From NCBI RefSeq assembly GCF_963921235.1, contig NC_086097.1, forward strand, positions 56,980,001 through 57,044,000: a stretch of 64,000 nt of DNA. Direction: 5' to 3'. The position numbers and the translations under genes were made by a program. Below, one piece after another: positions 59,552 through 64,000 of this stretch. Source of the DNA: Mobula hypostoma. Lineage: Eukaryota. The notes under the pieces are model-generated. The model was given only the letters and a program-made list of their open reading frames with translations, did no database searches and was not told where the DNA came from. The stretch's first letter is position 1. Each line of letters opens with the position of its first letter.

Positions 59552-61724
59552 CAGTTGCAAAAAAAAGTTTGTGAAGCATTTACCTGGTTTTTCGCGTTAA
59601 TCACTTATGATCACTCATGAAATGTGGTCTCATCTTCATCAAAGTCAGAATAATACACAAACACAATCTGCCTAAACTAATTATGCACAAACAATTGTAC
59701 TTTTCATGTCTTTATTGAATACATTGTTCAATCATTCACAGTCCAGGCTGGAAAAACTATGTGAACCTTTGGACTTAATAACTGGTAGAACCTCCTTTAG
59801 AAGCAATAACCTTCACCAAATGTTTCCTGTAGCTGCTGATCAGACTTGCACAATGGCGAGAAGGAATTTTAGATCATTCCTCCATACAAAACTGTTTCAG
59901 GTCATCAATATTTCTGGGATACCTTGTATGAGCAGTCCTCTTCAGGTCATGCCACAGCATCTCAATTGGGTTAACCTCTGGAGTCTGACTTGGCCATTCC
60001 AAAACACACATTTTCTTCTTTTTAAATCATTCTGTTGTTGATTTACTCTTGTGCTTCAGATCATTGTCTTGCTGCATCATGCAATTTCTATTAAGGTGAC
60101 GGACCACTACTCTCAACATTCTTCTGTAAAGTTTCTTGATACAGTTTTGAATTCATTGTACCCTTCATGATTCCAAGCTGTCCAGGCCCTGAGGCAGCAA
60201 AGCAGCCCAAACCATGATGCATTCATCATGCTTTACAGTTGTGATGAGGTTTTGGTGTTGGTGTGCATGCCTTTTTTCTTTCAAACATAGTGATGTGCAT
60301 TTCTGCCAAAAAGTTCAACTTTTGTCTCATCTGTCCAGAAACATTGTCCCATAAGCGTTGTGGAACATCCAGGTGGTCTCTTGTAAACTTGAAACATGCA
60401 GCAATGTTTTTTTTTGGAGAGCAATGGTTTCCTCTGTGGTGTCCCTCCATAAACACCATTCTTGTTCAGTGTTTTTCATGTGTGCACATGAACAGAGATT
60501 TGAGCAAGTTCCAGAGATTTCTGTAGGTCTTTTGCTGTTAACCTTGGGTTCTTTTTAACCTCCTTCAGCATTGCGCATTGCGTGCTCTTGGTGTGATTGT
60601 TGCAGGATGCCCAGTCCTAGGGAAAGTAGCAACAGTACTGAATTTCTTCCATTTGTAGACAATTTCTCTTTCTGTGGACTGATGAACACTCAGGTCTTTA
60701 GAAATGTATTTGTAGCCTTTTCCAGCTTCATGTATCTCTACAAATCTTCTTTTAAAATCCCCTCTGAAAGTTGTTTTGATCAAGGCATGGTGCACATAAG
60801 CAGATCTTTCTTGAGAAGAGCAGGCTCTGTCAGTAACCTGATTCTGTGTGTCTTTTTTATAGAGCAGGGCACCTTTACAACCCACACCTCCAAACTCACC
60901 TCATTGATTGAAACACCTGATTCCAAATTGCTTTTGTAGCAGGCATTATCCCAGAAGGTACAGAGTTTTTTGAATCTGGACTGTGATAGTTTAAATGGTG
61001 TACTCAATATTGACAAGAAGTACAATTGTTCATGTGTTATTAGTTTAAGCAGGTTGTGTTTGTCTATTATTGTGACTTAGATGAAGATCAGGCCATATTT
61101 TGTGAGTGAAGTGAGGCCTCCTTTGGTCAGAGTTGACTATGGATATTGCGTCCTGGCTGTCAAGCCTGGGCTGTACGATATGGAGAGCAAGTTCTCCCTG
61201 TCCACGTATCTGATGAAGCCAAAGGAATGGCAGAGACCAATACTGTTTGGTACCAGGAGCATTGCAGGAGTTGCCAGTCAGCATTGAAGTCAATGTAGGA
61301 CTGCCTTAGGGAACCCAGCTCTGGATTTTTCCCTCTGGGTTTATTCCCAAATCCTTCCACATGAGTGGGTATAGGTGCAAGGCAACAGAGGTTTGAGATC
61401 AGTTTTCCTTCTCCTAGATGAGCTGCAAAACACAGTGAGCCCCAAATGCCCAAAACAGGCTAGTTTTAATGCTCCAGTAACCCTCTTTTGCCCTTCCTCC
61501 TGTCAGTAGTAATGGTTCCACAGAGCTTGTAGCTTAGCCACATGTGAAGAACAGGAACTGGACTTGATTGTCAGAAGCTATTTGAGGTGCACACCATTGG
61601 GGGCATTTAATAAGTAGTGGGAACTTGTCCTCATTACCACCCCCGGCTATAACGACCTTTTATGAGTACTTAATGCAGAAAAGCAGGTAGTTGCAAAGGG
61701 TTCACAAACTTTTTCTTTCAATTG
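59552..61724 (-). mobile_element. Dead Tc1 transposon with an RTE-derived insert in its right TIR
   Basis: TA-cagttgcaaaaaaaagtttgtgaa / ttcacaaactttttctttcaattg-[29 protein letters not shown]. Confidence 0.9.
61108..61657 (-). mobile_element. RTE-derived non-autonomous element (550 bp) with 10-bp TSD
   Basis: ttttgtgagt (61098-61107) / ttttatgagt (61658-61667); empty site seen at 2230-2245; sister copy at 16400-17020. Confidence 0.7.
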
Positions 61725-62238
61725 TATGTGCTGATGTTGGGAAAGGTCCTGAGGAGGTTTATAAGGATGATCTTGAGCATGAAAGAGCTAATGTATGAGG
61801 AGCATTTGAAAGCTCTGGACCTGTGCTCATCAGCGTTTAGAAGGATGAGGGGGATGATCTCATTGAAACCTACCATATATTGAAAGGCTTGGATAGAGTG
61901 AACAAGGAGAGGATGTTTCCAATTGTAGGAGTGTGGAAGAGCAGAGAACAGTCTCAGAATAGAAGGATGTTTCTTTAGAACAGATGTGAGGGGGGACTTT
62001 CTCTAGCTAGAGGGTGGCGAGTCTGGATTTCATTGTCATAGACTGCTGTAGAGGCCAAGTCACTGGGTATTTTTAAAGCAGAGACTTTATGTTGTTCTTG
62101 ATTATTATGTTCTTGATCAGTGAGGGTGTCAAAGGTCATGCAGAGAAGACAGGAGGATGACTTTGAGAGGGAACAATAAATCAACAATGAGCAGACTTGA
62201 TGGACCAAATGGCCTTAATCTGTTCAGATGTCTTATAG

Positions 62239-63402
62239 CAGGGGCAGGCCAAATCCGGCCCGCGAAGGTATTTTGACAGGCCTGTGAGCAAATATTGAGA
62301 TACTATGCATATCCGGCCCGCGAGTGATTTTTTCTCATTCTGAGTATTTCACGCGACCACACTGATGGACGTGCATTGCGTCCTGTTACACTAGCCCCAG
62401 GTTCCGTTTTGTTCCAAACCAAAGACTGGTATATACGAATGACAGGAAGGCAGACTACCTTATTAATATGTATTAGATACTGTCCGTGCACGCGCAGATT
62501 TTCAGATGGGATCGTTCAAATTTGTAAACAGAAACAGCGACACTGTGTTTTAACAAGAAATCCACACTAAATATCCAGATATCTACATGTGCTATGATAC
62601 TTGTTGAATAACTTGCATTTCGAAATAAAATCAAAGAAAAAATTCCAATGGCAATGAATGCAAAACAGGGGAAGGTAGACGCTGAGTGCCGAAAAAGCAG
62701 TGAAAATGAAGGAAATACCCATGCCAGCTATGAAGTCTCAAAATGTATTGTAGAAAAGATGAAGCCTTTTACAAATGGAGAGTTTGTCAAAGAATGTTTA
62801 CTGGCAGTGGTGATATTGTTTGTCCTGAAAAGAAATCTTTATTTGCATCTATCAGCCTGTCAGCAAGAATGATCACGGCGAGTTGAAGAAATGTCAGCAG
62901 ATGTTAAAAGTTTTTTAAGGGATGCCTGCAACGAATTGCATTTTTTTCAATTGCGCTCGATGAGAGTACAGACTTGAGACATTGCTCAACTTGCAGTGTT
63001 TGTGCGAGGAGTGACCTCAACTTTTCAAATTTTTGCAGAGTTTATTCAATTAATTCCAATGAAGGACACGATTGCTGGAGCAGACATTTTTGAAGCTTTG
63101 CTGAAAATGATGTCAGAAATGAAACTTAATGTGTCGAAGCTAATTGGCATCACAACTGATGGGGCACCAGCAATGATGGGACAGAAAAACTAAACTGAGT
63201 TCTTTGATTACTAATTGGCATCCTTGGTTAAGCACAAATGATTTTCTAGCCTGTGTTATTCATTAATTTGAGGCAAAACATAACTAGATGTAGTTAAATG
63301 TATAATTCCTATATTTTAAGTTTTTTATGGCATTTATCTGGCCCACCGTCCGCTCATTAATACGCAATCCGGCCCACAGAGGCAAAAAGGTTGCTGACCC
63401 CG
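62239..63402 (+). mobile_element. hAT (Buster/Charlie, GTF2IRD2/SPIN-like) internally deleted transposon
   Basis: 8-bp TSD tcttatag / tcttgtag with central TA; cagggg...gacccc termini; KPFTNGEFVKECL, FSIALDESTD, AQLAVFVRG, ITTDGAPAM. Confidence 0.9.
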
Positions 63403-63805
63403 TCTTGTAGTCTTATAAAACCTTCAGAGAGATATGAGGGACAGATCTTTCACACAAAGCGTGGTGGGTAAATGAAATACGTTGCCAGAGGAGCTGTTAT
63501 AGACAAGTACAATCATAGATGGATAGACACATGGGTAGAAAAGAAATAGGGGTTTGTGTTAAATGCTGGAAAATGGGATTAGCGTAACTGGGTATCTCAG
63601 TTGGCAGAGACCACTTGGGCCGAAGAGTCTGTTCCTTACCTGCATGACACTGACTTTGATACATCTAATGAGTTGGTCTCCACCACCATCAGAAGCAAAG
63701 AAATTTAGAGATTCACTCGCCTCTGAGAAGAAATTGCGACACACATGCTCAATGCTTTTGATTGGTGATTACTGCAATATTTTCACAGTATTGGCAAGAT
63801 TAGGT

Positions 63806-64000
63806 GAGTCGACTGTGGTGATATACTGCGTCCGGTGCTCCCGATGTGGCCTTTTATATATTGGTGAGACCCGACGCAGACTGGGAGACCGCTTTGCTGA
63901 ACATCTACACTTTGTCCGCCAGAGAAAGCAGGATCTCCCAGTGGCCACACATTTTAATTCCACATCCCATTCCCATTCTGACATGTCTATCCACGGCCTC
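63806..64000 (+). mobile_element. Penelope-like element GIY-YIG endonuclease fragment, 5'-truncated, runs off window
   Basis: Open frame ESTVVIYCVRCSRCGLLYIGETRRRLGDRFAEHLHFVRQRKQDLPVATHFNSTSHSHSDMSIHGL with VIY..CxxC..YIG motif. Confidence 0.9.

Larger units (their letters stand above)
58385..62238 (+). mobile_element. CR1 ORF2 RT and 3' region, interrupted by a Tc1
   Basis: [53 protein letters not shown]; host sequence ctaagaaaaTA|TAtgtgctg continues across the Tc1. Confidence 0.9.
55345..63655 (+). mobile_element. Outer CR1 fragment (55345-55733, 57318-57480, ~63425-63655) split by nested insertions
   Basis: CR1 sequence continues across the Tigger insertion (gaatata|tataaatgact) and appears to resume after 63425 where it stopped at 57480. 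Confidence 0.6.

Noticed and set aside
39095..61724. Active or domesticated Tc1/Tigger transposase
   Set aside because: All copies have stops, frameshifts or large deletions, and catalytic motifs are degraded (for example WSAETK).

Overview
Vertebrate genomic DNA, not prokaryotic. The repeat families (CR1, Rex1, Deu-type SINE, Penelope tails) suggest a cartilaginous fish, probably a ray or shark; this is an inference. The window lies inside one plus-strand gene, arid4a. Thirteen GT-AG coding exons (5970-53569) splice in phase to 1371 nt / 457 codons covering the Tudor, RBB1NT/PWWP-like and ARID domains. The ATG exon and the downstream exons are outside the window. The introns hold many decayed, often nested transposons: CR1, Rex1, HERO-like, RTE-derived and Penelope retroelements, and Tc1, Tigger/pogo and hAT DNA elements. 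I found no second host gene and no intact transposase or RT. The most notable signals: (1) a ~3 kb LINE without ORF1 that has a tRNA-type Pol III head and almost no T4 runs on its sense strand; (2) minimal hammerhead-ribozyme motifs in short Penelope-derived inserts, one with an intact core on the pre-mRNA strand, plus a young GIY-YIG fragment; (3) an element resembling mammalian Tigger4/Zombi; (4) a Tigger family apparently carrying a palindromic hAT MITE; (5) in-frame alternative acceptors in arid4a. Family names come from pattern recognition and memory, and many repeat boundaries are approximate. No searches were run.
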